A stretch of DNA of 59,612 bases, filler included, from Sphacelaria rigidula (taxonomy: Eukaryota), in assembly GCA_964200075.2 (NCBI GenBank). It is 7 parts of 7 records of this genome, joined end to end, with 100 filler letters (N's around TTAATTAATTAA, not from the genome) between each part and the next. Parts side by side here need not be neighbours in the genome. Positions count along the whole stretch, not along the records: positions 34,123 to 42,552 come from CAXNAA020011152.1; positions 42,653 to 51,082 come from CAXNAA020011153.1; 5 more parts are not named here. One strand, given 5' to 3'. A program made the position numbers and the translations under genes. Below the pieces are notes generated by a model that had not been told where the DNA came from, ran no database searches, and saw only the letters and a program-made list of their open reading frames with translations. Positions 34,908 through 48,700 of the stretch are shown piece by piece (within the stretch, counting starts at the first letter, position 1; every line of letters starts with the position of its first letter).

Positions 34908-37900
34908 TTGTTCCTCGCCATGACGCGGGAGTTGGGTGTGGGCGATGCCCGTACAGGAAGGCTGAAGGTGCACGTGGGGCCAGCCGCAAACGCTGATGAA
35001 GCAGTCAGGGCTTCACACAGAAAAGCAGCTGAAAAAGTTCAGGAAAAGCACAGAATCTTGCACGAGCGACTACAGATGAGTGTTTCGCAGGGCCCTTTTG
35101 GATACGCAAGCCCTGCAGTCGCGACGGTGATAGCCCATGGGCCGGCGCAAAATGGGTTAAATGGGGATGGCCATGGTGCTTTCCACGCCCTAAAATCAAA
35201 TCATGACGTGACAAAACGTTTTCGCAGTTGGGATTTTGAAAAACGACTAACTGCAACGAACATGCAAAGCGAAGACCTCTTGGATCCATCGCGCCTAATT
35301 CAAGAAACTAGAAGTATCCAGGCCAACTTTACGGCGATTGGACAGCTACAAACGACGAGTCATCTTGCTCGTAAGCTGTACCGCACTCTTCCGGATACGC
35401 ACCACCAACCTTTCAAGGCTGTACATACCTAGCAAGTGACAAGCGAGGAAGAATTTGCCTTCGAAGACCTGACTTGTCGGGAATATTCAAATTTGAATAT
35501 ACAGCTAAGACAATGTGTGAAGCAACCTTCTAAGGTGGGAAATAAGAATGCGCTAGCTACAATCACTCATGGTGAAAGGCGTAGATCCGGATTCGCTCGA
35601 GAAGGGAACTAAGGGTAAGCATATGAACAACGGTTAGGACGAATCATCACGACTAAGAATCACCAAATCCACGATTTCTTCGGCCTGATTGCCCAAAATA
35701 GAAAAGATAGTGACCGCTGGTCCAAGGGGTATCCACGCAACTCTTGCGCCATTTCACGTGTCTGAGCTACGTGTGCCTGGATTGCCACGCTGAAAACAAA
35801 GCCAAGGGATTGGTTCGTACGAGTCGAATCAATTGTACTAAAACCAAGTCATTTCCAGACGAATAATTATTTGTCCGCCCCTTGATATGAACCAAGGTGC
35901 GGGAGATTCTGACGGGCTGAATCGCAATGACAACTGCGCGTATTGTCATGGACCCAACCACACAAAGAGTGAGTGCAAGCCTCGGGTGTGAAATTATGGT
36001 AGACGTCCCGGATATTTTGTGAAAGATGCGCCATTGCGTGGAAAACACGACAAACATTACTCCGAATAATCCCAGGGCGCAAGAACCCACAACTCAAACA
36101 CTAGAGACGATGAGGAGAGTGCCACCGTGGCCTGGTGCCCTCAAGTTATAGATGAGGGTGATGGTACCGCGAGCAGAGGCAGCAGCAGAGAGCGCTGAGA
36201 TTCATAGTGTGTTTCTTGGCTGTGCGGCGAGTGCACATCTGCTCGACTCGCTATCACCTTCGATTAAGAATGTGTCGGACCTTCATGAGTGCATGGTACG
36301 AGGCTTTGGCTCCTGCGAGACGAATTATGCGAACACGAATGGCCGGTTACACTTCAAACTACAGGCTGTTGAAGGGCGTCTAATTTCAGTACATCTTGGG
36401 GCACTTCTTGTGCCAAAACTGGGAAAAGATCTATTTTCTGTTGTAGCTCTGGAAGGGGAGGGCGTGCGAGTCATGCTACGGTGGGGGGTGGCGTACTCAT
36501 CTGTTGCTTGCCTTAGTCGTTTGACCATTGACCACGCATCCCTTTCGAGACGGAGCACAAGATGGAGGGGGGGGGATTCGATTGCGCGAAAAACTGGGCT
36601 CCTAGGTGCTTCAGACGACCTAACACACTCGCGTTGCGCTTGTACTTAGGCAAAAGCGATGTCAAGGAGTATGAATGAACTATATTCATCGGAAGCAAGC
36701 GCGCCCGAACAACCGTTGCTGCTATCATCGACGATTGCAAGTAGAATTTCGTGGGATCTACTCCGTGACCCTCCTGTACTTCGATTTGGCGATGAAATAT
36801 TTTCGGTCGCCAAGGAACTCAAGCGCATGTTTATCCTGCCCATGACTAAAGATACTCACGAGGAGCAGCAGGTTCTTGCATCGGTTTAGCAAAAATCTGA
36901 ACTCTGCCCTCGACGTTTGGGACATTGCAATACTCATACCCTGAAACACCTCGCCGGATGAGACGGGGCAGGGATCAAGCTGTCAGCACATGTTCAGGAC
37001 CTAGTCTATCATATCTGCACTGTCTCGAAGCATAACGAACAACATTTCGCACCCGAGATCTGATTTCCCGCGGAGCTCAAGGCGACTCGTGATCGTCCAC
37101 GCAGACCTCTAGGGTCCACACATGACTGAGTCGTACACCAAATGCAAACACTCTGTCATGTTCGCCGACGAGATGTCTCGAACGCGCTGGATATATGCCC
37201 CAAAATCGAAGGACGAAACCGTCGAAGCCCTGGAGGAATTTGTGAACGACGTGGCGGATCCAGAGGGGCTCTGTATTGGCTGAATCAGATGTGATGGTGG
37301 TGAATTCAAGGAACGGTGTTTTGAATTTGCGCACTCGTTGGTTGTTGAAGTTGAAACCAAAGCACCATATATTCCGCTAGGAAAGACCATCGCTGGGCGT
37401 GGTTCCGGAATAGTTTAATGGATGACACGGAGTCTCATGTTGGGGGCAGCGAGTATGCCGGATCAGTTGTGGGTAAAGGCAGATCACCCAGCCGTGTGAG
37501 TATGTCGTGGTTCCCCTTCATCTGCATGGGACGGCAAAACACCTTGCGAGCTCTGGTATGATCGGGAACTGGGTAGCCTTCAGCACATACATGAATGAGG
37601 CGGCACGGCATTGAAACGTGTCGAAGTTCGCCACTGGAGTGGGAAACTAGCACCTCGTGCGGAGAAGTACTATCTTTTGGGCTATGACAGCCACAACCGC
37701 ACACGGCATTAATGGAACCCAGCTAACCCGACCAAGATCGTAAACTCTGCAGAACCATCATTTCAAGATAAAGCCACTTGGGACTGCCTGAAGGGAGTGG
37801 AGATACGAGAAGGTGTACCTAGTCCCACACAAGACTTTTATGACTCGCAGTCTAACGACGAGCCTTCACCTGTAGAACCAAGCGAGCCGCAACTACCTGA

Positions 37901-38850
37901 TTCAGTTCCTGCAGAAATACCTTCAACGGGTGAGGGAGGTTATTTGCGTAGAAGTGCTAGGATCAAGGCTCGCGCTGAAGAGGGGAAAACAAGACACTGG
38001 CCTATCTCTGCGAATATACAAGGAGAGAGTGATGCTACGGTAGGGATACACAAATGTTTTCCGAGTTTAGAATTGTTAGGAGCCCTTTTTCTCATCCAAA
38101 ACACGACTTATGAAAATATGCGAGAGTACGACAGGATTTCTATTCCAATGTGCTGGGGATATTCCGGATGAATTTGCAAACGGGGATGCCCTGACCCATA
38201 TTCTTGTGCTAGGAGCCCCTGAACCAGAACTAATTTCGCGAAAAAAGTGCACCCCTACCGTAGCATTGCTCGAGAGGAAGTGCACGACCATGAAGAGTTG
38301 ACCTATGAACAAGTGAAATATGCACTAGTGATCGCTTTCAAAAACGAGAGAGTAAGAGAAGAGTGCCGGCCGCCTCAGGGTCAAGACGTGTTTGAGTGGG
38401 TTGACCGTCCAGAGGGCAACGATGTGGAACCGATTTCCTCCAAATCTATCCTCAGGTGGAAGTATGACAAAGAAGGGAATATTGTCAGGCAAAAGTCGAG
38501 GATTTGTCGAGCAACGATGTCATAGGGTAGATACGGGCAGAGACAAGACTGCTCCAGTCGCCCGTTTGGAATATTTTCGTTTGGTGATCGCACGATTATA
38601 GCGGCCAGAGACAACCTCCCCCTTTATCAATTGGACGTAAACACGGCATTTCTCCAAGCCCACATGGGACCTGGCGATCTGGATGTATACGTGATTCCTC
38701 CGGAGGGATTTGAATGTACGGAGAGACAGACGAAGCAAACACGGAAATTACGAGCGTGGCTTTCCGGACTGCGGATGTCACTGCGCGGTTGGTGGGGGGC
38801 TATGAACTTTTCTTACTCTCACAGGAGTTCGAACCCTAGAGTTGGCTTTC
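34908..38850 (+). mobile_element. Decayed Ty1/copia LTR retrotransposon (gag-PR-IN-RT)
   Basis: gag-like region 34908-35432. Protease-like VFLGCAASAHL...LLVPKLGKDLFSV (~36200-36470). Integrase VHADL*GP...VMFADEMSRTRWIY..KSKDE...IRCDGGEFK (~37090-37310). RT motifs WKYDKEGNIVRQKSR, APVARLE and QLDVNTAFLQA...VYVIPPEGF (38450-38720). IN precedes RT; many stops and frameshifts; LTRs not identified. Confidence 0.9.
36493..36558 (-). mobile_element. Family B 66-nt module inside the copia remnant
   Basis: gtactcatctgttgcttgccttagtcgtttgaccattgaccacgcatccctttcgagacggagcac with G-rich flanks. Confidence 0.85.
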
Positions 38851-39228
38851 GTTAAGATGTTGGCTGCTGAGCTGTGTTTGAAAAGCGACATTTCACGCGG
38901 TGCGGGAGTGCCAATCCTATCCGCGTCACTAAAATGTGAGGCGTTTACCAGGGGAGATATGGGGTGATCTATTGTTACCAACGACTCGTCTCAAGGAAGG
39001 GGAGATGTTCAAATAAATACCAAAGAAAAAAAACAAGAAAACGCGTTTTAGCACCGAGCTCACTATGACGGACTTTACTATCGACAGATGAAAAAAAATG
39101 GGAGAAGGTCTGAGATTTCGGCAATCGCCAAGGCTCATTATCATCTAGATCTAGTGTTGCTGTTAGATATCTCACTACAGATGGTGCTGATCTCGTCGTT
39201 TTCTTGCCTTCGCCGGCAAAATAAAGGA

Positions 39229-39583
39229 CAGGGTTATGCTGCCTGCCCGTGTATGACGTTCATAACTGTGGTAAAAATCTTTCTCAGAACCTCTCTGCGA
39301 CCCGTAAGGTATGCCACGGAGGCCGCACGGATTACCTACGGAGTGGATAAAACCGCACCGTAGAAAAGCGTGTTTCACGGTTCCAACCGCGCAGCTGTAA
39401 TCTGTACGGAGCGGAGCGGCTTCTTTTAAACTGTTACGGAGCGGATATCCGTACATCGGAAGATTCACGGATTATTGCGGAGCGGATATCCGCCAACGAA
39501 AATGTCACGGTAACGGTGCGGATTGGCAAACCACACCGTAATAATCCGCTGCGCGAATTTATTCTTAGTCCGTGCACATCCCT
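39229..39583. mobile_element. hAT-like MITE with ACGG/GCGG subterminal repeats
   Basis: CAGGGTTATGC / GCACATCCCTG termini (9/11), flanks ataaagga / ataaatat, and many acgga/gcgga motifs. Confidence 0.5.
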
Positions 39584-39994
39584 GATAAATATCGCCTACC
39601 CAAGGTGCTTTTTCCTCTATGGCATAGCCCGGGGTGTCACTAGCAGGGTTTCTGATGACTTTTGCATGATGGCGAGCGCCACGGCGTGCGCCAATGGCAG
39701 CTCTGCCGAGTATTGCGCTGCGGTCCGAAGTATTCGGCGTTCGCCAAACGTGAAGGCTCGGCGAAAAAATGTAGCCGCTTCACTCTCGGACAGCGCCAAG
39801 CGCCAGGTGCAAAAACGACTAAAATCTTGGCGATCTCCGAAAACATTGTGTCGACAATAATGGCCCTAATACGAGAAGCAGAAAGATTCACCCCTTTCCT
39901 CACGCAAGTTAACCCCCAGAAAAGTGTGAGTTTGAGGAAGAGACATCTGTATGGAGATCAAAGTGGAGTTAGCTGAGCAAACCGAGCATCTGTG

Positions 39995-40104
39995 ATCATT
40001 TTCGCCAGTGTCGCCCACATGAGGCACTTCATGCAGTTTGAACCAAGCTATAGTGCGCTGCATGGCCATTTTCTTCGTGATTGTTTTCGAGGCTGGTCTG
40101 GGGG
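39995..40104. repeat. Dispersed repeat family E
   Basis: tcgccaRtgtcgcccaYatgaggcRcttcatgcag..tgaa...catgRccatt.tcttcgtga also occurs at ~50885-50995. Confidence 0.7.
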
Positions 40105-43100
40105 TGAGAGCTATTGGTGAGAGCTATTGCGGCATCACTCCAACATATATATCATGATGTGGAACCAAAAGCTGTTCTAGACTACGGCACGTCTGACTTA
40201 TAATGACAGGTTGTTTTCACACGTCCAACCCTTTCCCTCTCTCGGGGCGAGTCCTCCGTGGTCTCAAGGATCCAGGCCATCTCTCTCCCGGTGCACATCT
40301 TACATTTGGTATCGCAGATTGGACCATCACTGCAGCTCCACGTCGACTTCCTCCGTAAAACGAATTTCGTGCGCTACTCACGCCTTCTCATTTTCAATGG
40401 TAAAAATTAAGATTCTTTTCACGTGGAAAGCCAAACGGATTCGAATTGGTCTTGTTGTTCCGCCCTAACTATTTTCAACTGTGCCCTTTAGACCGCCGGT
40501 GCGCGGGAGATATGAATGGTATCATGAGAAAAGCAAATTCGCGTTAGCACAACGTATCATTAGTGGGTGCAAGGACGACACTATGCGAGTCACATGCAAA
40601 AATAGGCCTCTAGTACATGACGACGGAAGCGCGGAGAGCGGAGAAGCGGCCTGCCGACTGCGCATTGTTCCCTTTCGCGATTGATTGCGCCGCTTTATTC
40701 CCTTTCGCGATTTATTGCGCCGCATGTATTGCCGCTCGACGTTGGACTGATGCGCGCAACTTACACCAACCCCCATCGCGCTGCTTTACCTCGATGAACT
40801 CACGCTCGCTGAGAAACCAACATGCCGTCCTGGCGCGATGAGCTGGCTCATATGTCTCCAGTCGAGGTATTGTATGGTGCAAGCTCATTGCCTTCCTTAC
40901 TCGCGGATATCGACTGTGTTGTTTTCGACTCCCAAGCTACTCCCGCCAGGTCCGCACATCGCGGCAGAGTACACTAAACGTCGGAGTAGCTGTTTGACGC
41001 TAGGGGCTGGAGCTGCCCTCCACAACTATCCTTTACTGCTTATGATTTTGTTGGTGGAAAGCAATTCTGTCAGTAGCACGCTGACGTATACATGCTACAG
41101 TACCTCTCATGTCACCAGCCTGAGCGCCTTTTCGAAGTTAACGTCCGCCAGCTGGCAGGCCTGTTCGTGCGCTTGGAAATATCAAGCCCTGTTCAGGCGG
41201 CATTGCATCATTATTACCAGTTGAGCACGTGAGGCTACCTTGGATGTAGACAATCGGATGTCGTTGAGCTATTTCCGAACGACGTAATTTCCCCAACGCT
41301 ACTATGGCTACCACGTCTTCCGCTACACGAGAAACGCCACTTTATTTACCGTATGATACGATATGTGGCCGTATAGTCAGTTTTAAAGTACCCACAGAGT
41401 GTAACTCTCAAACCTCGCCCCTTTGCGTCGTGGTTGGTGCCTTCTCTGCTGCTGCTGATCTGCTGTGCTGCAAAAAGGTATACGAATAGCTCCCCCCGTC
41501 CCTGAAGTCCTGGAGCACCAGACGACCGTAGCTGAGCCATTGTACACGGAAGATTGGATACGTTTTTCGCGATAACGCTGCTAAATAAGGGAAATGGGCA
41601 AATTGTATAGGCTACTTCTCATGCATAAAATCCCGTCACCAGAAAAGTCGTTTTTTAAACAACACGATTTTCCACAGATTTTTCCCAAGTAGTCCTTCTT
41701 ACGTGATCGACGCTGTCAAAATGAGGAAATCACTGTTCATCGTTTTTCATGAGGTGTGTGGGCATAATTTCAAATTCTGGGGCGCGCGAGAGATACGCAG
41801 CTCTCTGCTGTCGTGTCGTGGTGTACGGTCCGTAGGGTCCGTCTGTACTACTATAATATACTGCCTGAGCAATGCATCGTGGGCTTTGTGACGCAAGACG
41901 ATCGATAAGAGCACCGCCTTGCTGTACTAAGTGACTGTAGAAGTGACGGTTGTGCCTTTCACTGCACGGTAGTACTTGAGTCTTGAGACAGCATGGACAA
42001 CAGTTTACACAGTGCTGTATTGTATGCATTGGCTGTAGTGATAGCTTGGCTGCCATCACCGCACTACTGTCCCTAGTGCACGCGGGCAGTCAGCGTGTTG
42101 CTTCATAGTCCTTCGCTCGCCAGTAGCGTGGTGGCCCTTACCCCCTGAGAATAGCACAGAGGATAGTGGATGACGAGTGCTGTACAGACACTCTGTATGT
42201 AGTTTGCACAGTATTGTAGCTCACTTCAGATCTGTGCATGCAGCGTGTTGCGATTGGCACTCGAATACAATACGGACTACCCACGCACCCAAGCCTTGTA
42301 GACACTACAGTAGTAGCACTACATATACTGTGGTTTTGTGTGTACAGTCAGTACGACCCTGTCTCTACTGGTACAATTTCATTTACATGAGCACTCTTTT
42401 TTTCGACGTACTTTCCTTCAATCTACGCGAAACGTAATGTCCATGCACGCAAGCCTCTGACTGCACTGGTCACCTGGCCGAATCGCTGGGAGATTACACA
42501 TCCCTCATCCTGTAGGGGAGGGGTGTACTCATGATCATGCATGCCATAGTCANNNNNNNNNNNNNNNNNNNNNNNNNNNNNNNNNNNNNNNNNNNNTTAA
42601 TTAATTAANNNNNNNNNNNNNNNNNNNNNNNNNNNNNNNNNNNNNNNNNNNNCTCCGTTGCAAGGGGGGCATCTCCGCCAGGTTTGGCACTGTGTGGGCC
42701 CCCTACCCACAAGAAACCCCTTTCTCCCCCCCCCCCCCCCCCCGTAGCCGAAAAGAGGGTTGGGGGCGAATATTTACAGTGCTGGAGGAGCTTGGGGTGC
42801 GTGTGCCAGGGTAAGAGTAGGTTTGCGGGCCTGGCCCCTACCGATACCGCCGCCCCCTGATCAGAATAATTTTCATTACAACAACGCGTAGTCAAGTCCC
42901 GTTGGTCGTGGATTGTTCGGACTGTTTCGCACCCTCTAGGTTATTATCCACGATCCTTGCGCACTGACCGTCGTGCCCCGGTCGTGCCTGTACCTGTACC
43001 TGTTCCCCCTGTGGATTGGGCAGCATACTGTCGCCACCGCAGAATCGATCGAGCGGTGACTTGTCGGAAAGTGTCGTCGGGGTAGTATTCCGCTGGTGCT

Positions 43101-43871
43101 TGGATCTACCCGTTCCCGAATGGGTTGAGTGACGTACTCGCGATACAATATACCGGGTTCTCCTGCGCGGTGGATAACCTGATCAGGCCCGCTGCCGATG
43201 CCGCCACAGCAGATGGGGTTACGAGTGACGACTCGAGGGGTGAGGGAGCCGCACTTGGCACATATGGTTGTTTCTCCGCTGCTGTTCGCCCCCTCTCGCT
43301 TCCTGTCGATGCCAAAAGATCGCCCGAACCCCTGTGCGGACGGGAACACCCTCGTCTGGCGCCGTCGACGGTGTGGTCGCGTTTGGTTTGGCGATCCCTG
43401 TGTCGCCCCCCGGCAATCTTGGTGGCAAAGTTCGCCACAACCCGTAGGTTTCGAGCCTGCGGCCACGAAGACACTGAATTGGCTGCCGTGTGCTGTACGG
43501 CACTGCACTAAAAGCTACTGACTGTTGCACTTTACCTCACTATACCGAACCGGACCTCGGGGACACGCGCCAAGCAATGGACATTGGCTGTGCAAACTGA
43601 AGGCATCATAGACTACAGAGAAGTGTAGCACGGTGAACTCGACGACTCGGGTTGGTGGGTGGTGGTTGACAAGTGGTGGGTACGCTCAATCCCATTGGGC
43701 GAAAAAATCCAAGGCAAGAAGCGCAACAGCGTGATATTAGAAGCCACTGCCGTCTATTGGCTGAACAAGCCATGATTACTGTAGTATAGTAGTCATCATC
43801 AGAAGTTTTCAGGATCCGTAGTTGTTGTAGTTTTTGAGTTTTTCTCTAGTACTATTCTTCATTTCTACTTG

Positions 43872-44380
43872 AAAGTGCTAGCGCTGGTAGATTTAGGGGG
43901 AAAGCGTAGGCCGCGCTCAAACTGCAGTGCCCAAGTTGGTGTTTGTGGGGCGATACAGACTAGATACCCCGTTCATCAGAAGGGTGTTATTGACCGTTTT
44001 TGGTCCAACAAAAGCAGTTTTCCGGCTCTTCCGCAACGAAACGGTAAATATTCAGATAAATGAGTGCGTGAAAAATCCTTTACAATAACGATCGAGATTG
44101 TGTTTCCCTCCTATACTGCACAGACCTCAGTCTACAGTAGCATTTTCTGCGGATGGCCTCTTTATTTTTTTTTCTCATAACATTTCCCATGAGCACTCAA
44201 AAGTGCTAGCGTCGACAATTTTGGCAAAATAAACAGACCGTGCTCATATCACAATGCCCAAGTTGGTGTTGTGGGGTCGATACGGAGTAAACACTCCGTT
44301 CATCAGGAGGGTGTTGTTGGCCGTAAATGGTTCAAGAAACGTGGTTTTCCGGCTTTAGCGCAGTGAATAGGTGGAATTTC
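43872..44380 (+). repeat. Degenerate ~180-bp direct repeat (43872-44050; 44200-44380)
   Basis: Shared aaagtgctagcg, tgcccaagttggtgtt, ccgttcatcagRagggtgtt and gttttccggct. Confidence 0.75.
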
Positions 44381-45558
44381 GCAAACATAATCTTTTCTGA
44401 GTCTTCACTTATGAGCCATCCTAGGCTCGGGGGGGAGGGGTATTTTGGGCCACTTCTTGCACGAAATTTCAAGTGAAGTCGTCGTTGAAAGGAGCAAGGG
44501 TCGCTCGAACGAGCTTGTTATAGATGAATAATGCTCATTCATACCGATTGACACCGTTTTGAACCAAAATCAAGCGCACCGCGAGTGTGGCAGGTCGTCT
44601 CACACACTTTTGAGACTTTTTTTCGGGCAATCAAATACCCCCCCCCCCCCTGCTCCGTCTCGAAAGGGATGCGTNNNNNNNNNNCCCCCCCCCCACCCCA
44701 AAGGGAGGGGGGGTGAAGGGTCAAAAAAATAAAGAAAACAAAAAAAAGGCAACCCCCCCCCCCCCCCCCCCCCTATCGTAGGATGATTCTTATGATCGGG
44801 ATCGAGTCGGAACACCGAAAATGTCAAAAGCTAGAAGCTGGGGTTGCACTTTCGCAGGACCCTCGAAGATCGGTCAAGCCCGTAAGTCACTCAATATTTA
44901 TCGCAGATATTTTTTCTTTCGATATTCGTCAAGAGGATTCAAATATTTCAAGATGCCCATTTTTTGGCATCCAACAGGATGAGCGGTAGCAAGCGAAACA
45001 AATTTGAAAAACCTTTGAGAAACTAAGAAATCACGAAATCTGCATACTGCTGACGCTGACCACTGTACAGTAACTCGGAATGGTTCGACTTGAGAAGAGA
45101 CGACTATGGACTGCGCGGCAGCTAGGGCGAAAGAGACGAGGACGCTTCATCATATCAAAAGAAGGTGAGCAGCTGCGATGCTTGAGGGCTACTGAAAGTC
45201 AGCAAAGCTGGCGAGTGTCTTGCGTGCGTCCTCATGAGTGAAGGAGTCACCCAGAAAATGCTGGGTAGGTAAGAGGGAAAGAAGAGAGTACAGAATGGTT
45301 GTACTATGGATGGCGCGGAGGATGACAGAGAAGCAATGGGGGACCTCGCCAACGCTCCCCCGACATCTCTACACATCACACCCTTACCCTCTCCTCCTTC
45401 CTCACGTGTTCCTCCGACATAACCCCCGCATGTACTGTTGGAGGCTATGTCGATTGAAGTAAAAGTACAGGCTGGTCATGACCCCAAATTCGTATTTTCA
45501 CAAATGTGCACGCTGGATCTTGGCGTTGGGCTGAAAAATTGAACGCATATACTATGAT

Positions 45559-45770
45559 GGCCGGTCGCTCTGGTGGGTCAGTGTGTAACCTCTAAACCGT
45601 CTGACGGTTGGGTCGTGGGTTCAAATCTCGGTGAAGTCGCACGATCTAGGATGTTTTCTCACACCATGGCCAACAATAGAGAGCGACTTTGTCGTAGGTA
45701 CACAAAATTCGACTTCACAGCCGACGAGGGAACGGGACTGCCGAACCCCTCTCGCAATAGAAAGTAAGGC
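45559..45770 (+). mobile_element. SINE family C 5' part with tRNA-like head
   Basis: A-box-like TGGTGGGTCAGTG (45571-45583), B-box GGTTCAAATC (45618-45627), then the family C body. Abuts the copia RNase H remnant. Confidence 0.78.
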
Positions 45771-48700
45771 TAAGTGCTTAACTCGCGAGCTGTACGTCTG
45801 GTTGCCGGCGACGTGAATAGTTGAGGTGTTGTCGATGTAGACGCCAGTCGACGCATACCAAACCCCAGCTTCCGGATTATGTTCGAGGAAAACAGGTCCT
45901 CCTTCATGTTGGGTGCTGCGGCCACGAGCTCTGCATCCATGGTCGATTGCGCCGCCAAACTCTTCATATCCAGGCGCAAGTTTGACGTACACTTCTTCCT
46001 CAAGTGGTCAAGTGGCGTTTAGAAAAGCGGTGTTGTAGACCAGCTGTCATCGCTCCAGATTGTACTCCGTCGCTATTGCTGACATCATGCGGACTCTCTG
46101 AACCCTGCAGACCGGAAGCAAACGCGTTTCCCCAGTCGACACCGACGACTCGTACCCAGCCCAGCACGACGACTGTATCTTTGTACGAGTAGTCTGCTTT
46201 CTTCTGGGAGACCCATCGGAAACCGATTAGTTGTTTTCGGTTGGGACGGGGGCAGCCAGCACAGGGGTTTATACGTTGCTCGGGTGTTCCTTTGCCTGGA
46301 GGTTGGTGGTCTAATCGAGAGTATTTCCCGCTTTCTATCCCGCCGAACAGTTTGAAATGATGTCGTTGTTGTTGCTATTTTTGGCGTCGTGTTTCCTGTA
46401 GAAGCGTGCTGCGATGCCTGCACTTGTCACCATTCAGCGAGTGTATAGGATGGTGGAGGAGCAATGAGCCGGCTGGTGGTGTCTCCATGGGTCCGCCAGC
46501 TCTGTCCTGTTGAGCTCTGATGGGTTGCTCCGGCGGTTCACTACCCTCCGATGTTCCCGCTGGCAGTGTCCCTCCACGGGGCGAGATATTGTCGCGCAAC
46601 ATACTCCGCTCGGTGACGGCGCTGAGTCTCTCCAGGACCTCGGTCACGTGCGGATTTCTCGAGACCCTTCTTGCAGTGGCATGATTGGCAGAGGAATGGG
46701 CCAGTTGAGCTAGTACAGCGGTAACACCATATTTGTGAGATTCAGAGCGTAATATTGGATTCAGAGTGAATGCTCTAGCGTTCCTTACAGGCAACGTTTC
46801 TTCTTCTTTATTGCTTGAGCACACGTCCTGTGCATGCAGCTACCGTACAGTATCCCATTCGAGGAATTTGGCGGTCTGGTTGGTGAGATACCGCACAAGG
46901 CATTTTTACGCCTGGGGGGGCATTTCGGAACTGAAACTGTTTCAGTCACTAATCGGTTTTTCCTGAAAGAGGGGATATTTTATTGTAATGGACTGACTAC
47001 GTCGTTGCGATCAAGTGATGGGTCAAATTGATCGTGTAGGTGACAGCTCTCATTGAAGCCACCGCTTCACCAGCTGAGCGCATTACTCCTCAAACTGTGG
47101 CGATGTCAAAGTCGACGGGAAAGTTAATTGTTTCGGGTCTCACTCTGAATCCAATGTTACACTCTGAATCTCACGGATATAGTATTCGGTGTGATCGGGA
47201 AGGTCGTGTAGGAACTGGTCGTTCGTGGCGTAGTTGTGACCCTTACTGTCGCCATGCTCTTCGTCGCTCGGTGGAAACAGTTGTATCAGAAGCCGCCGGT
47301 TCCCCGTCGACGAAAGGCGTGACGGCGTCTGCATGAAAACGACGCTCTTGCTATTCATGATACGCCGGGTGGCCGGGTTTTAAACGCGGTAGCGCTTGCT
47401 GTCGCTGATATACCGAACCAATCGTCCAATAAATTTTTCCCCTTGCGTCGCTACCGCTGGTGAGGTTCAATGAGGAAAGGTGGAGATCGCTCTCCAGCTG
47501 CAGGAGCGGGACGGTGAAATTTGTTGTTTCCAGTCATGAACTTGACTGATTGGTTGATTGATTGACTGACTGATTGATTGATTGTCGGACTTTATCTGAC
47601 CCCCAGGGAACCAGCAGTGGTCACATGATAGATGTTTGTCCATGTCGAAGATAGACGCAACTACATTTCGCGTCCCAGGTTTCACCGAAAAGAGGTGTCG
47701 CATTAGGCCAGGCACGACCAAACACGAGACATGAATATGGCGTTGCACCCCTTCGCCGTCGGTGACATGCCCGCGCAATCCCTCGCCGACCCCCTCCAGT
47801 TGGTGTCCACGCGTAGTTGATATCATCCGCGGTACGGCCAGCACTTTATAGTTAAATATGTTGTATTCCAATTCCAGGGCGATGGTATCATCGGCGTAAT
47901 GTCCCGACACCCCACTGTCCACCACTACACTGACGGGACGTATTGTTGCCGCCATCCCACTCTCCTACGGCCGGTCCCGCTGCAAGAGCCAGCCTATACT
48001 CCGCGTTGGCGATGCTACCAAATGGTTCGGGCTGACTCTTATTGTCCGACGTTACGCCGTGGTACAGCGAGCTACCACACGCCAGCCCGATATAGTGCAT
48101 CACTTCCACTGTCGCCAATGTGCGGACCAGGGTAGACACCGCCTCACTAAGTGCCAGAATCATGTTGGCTCTGACACGATGCCCCAGTCCCTCGACTGCT
48201 TCTCCTTCCCTCATGAGAGTCGACCCCCTAATTCCCTCACCGTTGACCGCCGTGAAGCCTCCGGATATCCTGCTGCTGCCAAACAAAGCCACGGGTTTGT
48301 TTTTGGAGCGAACGGCTACAGACCCTCCGCTTTCGTGAAATTTTCCGTGTTCGGTCCTTACACGGCGTTAAATGAGATAACTTGAGGCTGCTCCCCTGTA
48401 CCGGGGACCGCTGGGTAACCTGAACACTGCGCGAAGATTGTCGATGCGGTTCCATTGTTGTATCTTTGTAAAAGACGGCATTCGTCTCCGCCGTGGTTGT
48501 CCGCCATGTGAAGTGAACACCACTGTGACTTGCCGCCTCCCCCGTTTGCCTTGTCGTCTCCCTCGTTCGCCCATTGGGCCGCTTTTCAAGCGGCGTAGTT
48601 TCTCTTCGTGTGGCCTCGCTCCCCGCAGGAAAACATTTTGCGAGGCTCCCTCTACCGCCGTCTCTTCCCCCACTTGCCTGCATGACAACGCCACGGGCTT

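Noticed and set aside
42936-43530. GC-rich overlapping ORFs as a gene
   Set aside because: No recognisable domain or splice structure. Possibly LTR or leader sequence, but unsupported.
45081-45163. Exon bounded by cag and gtgagc
   Set aside because: Stop codons occur in all three frames.
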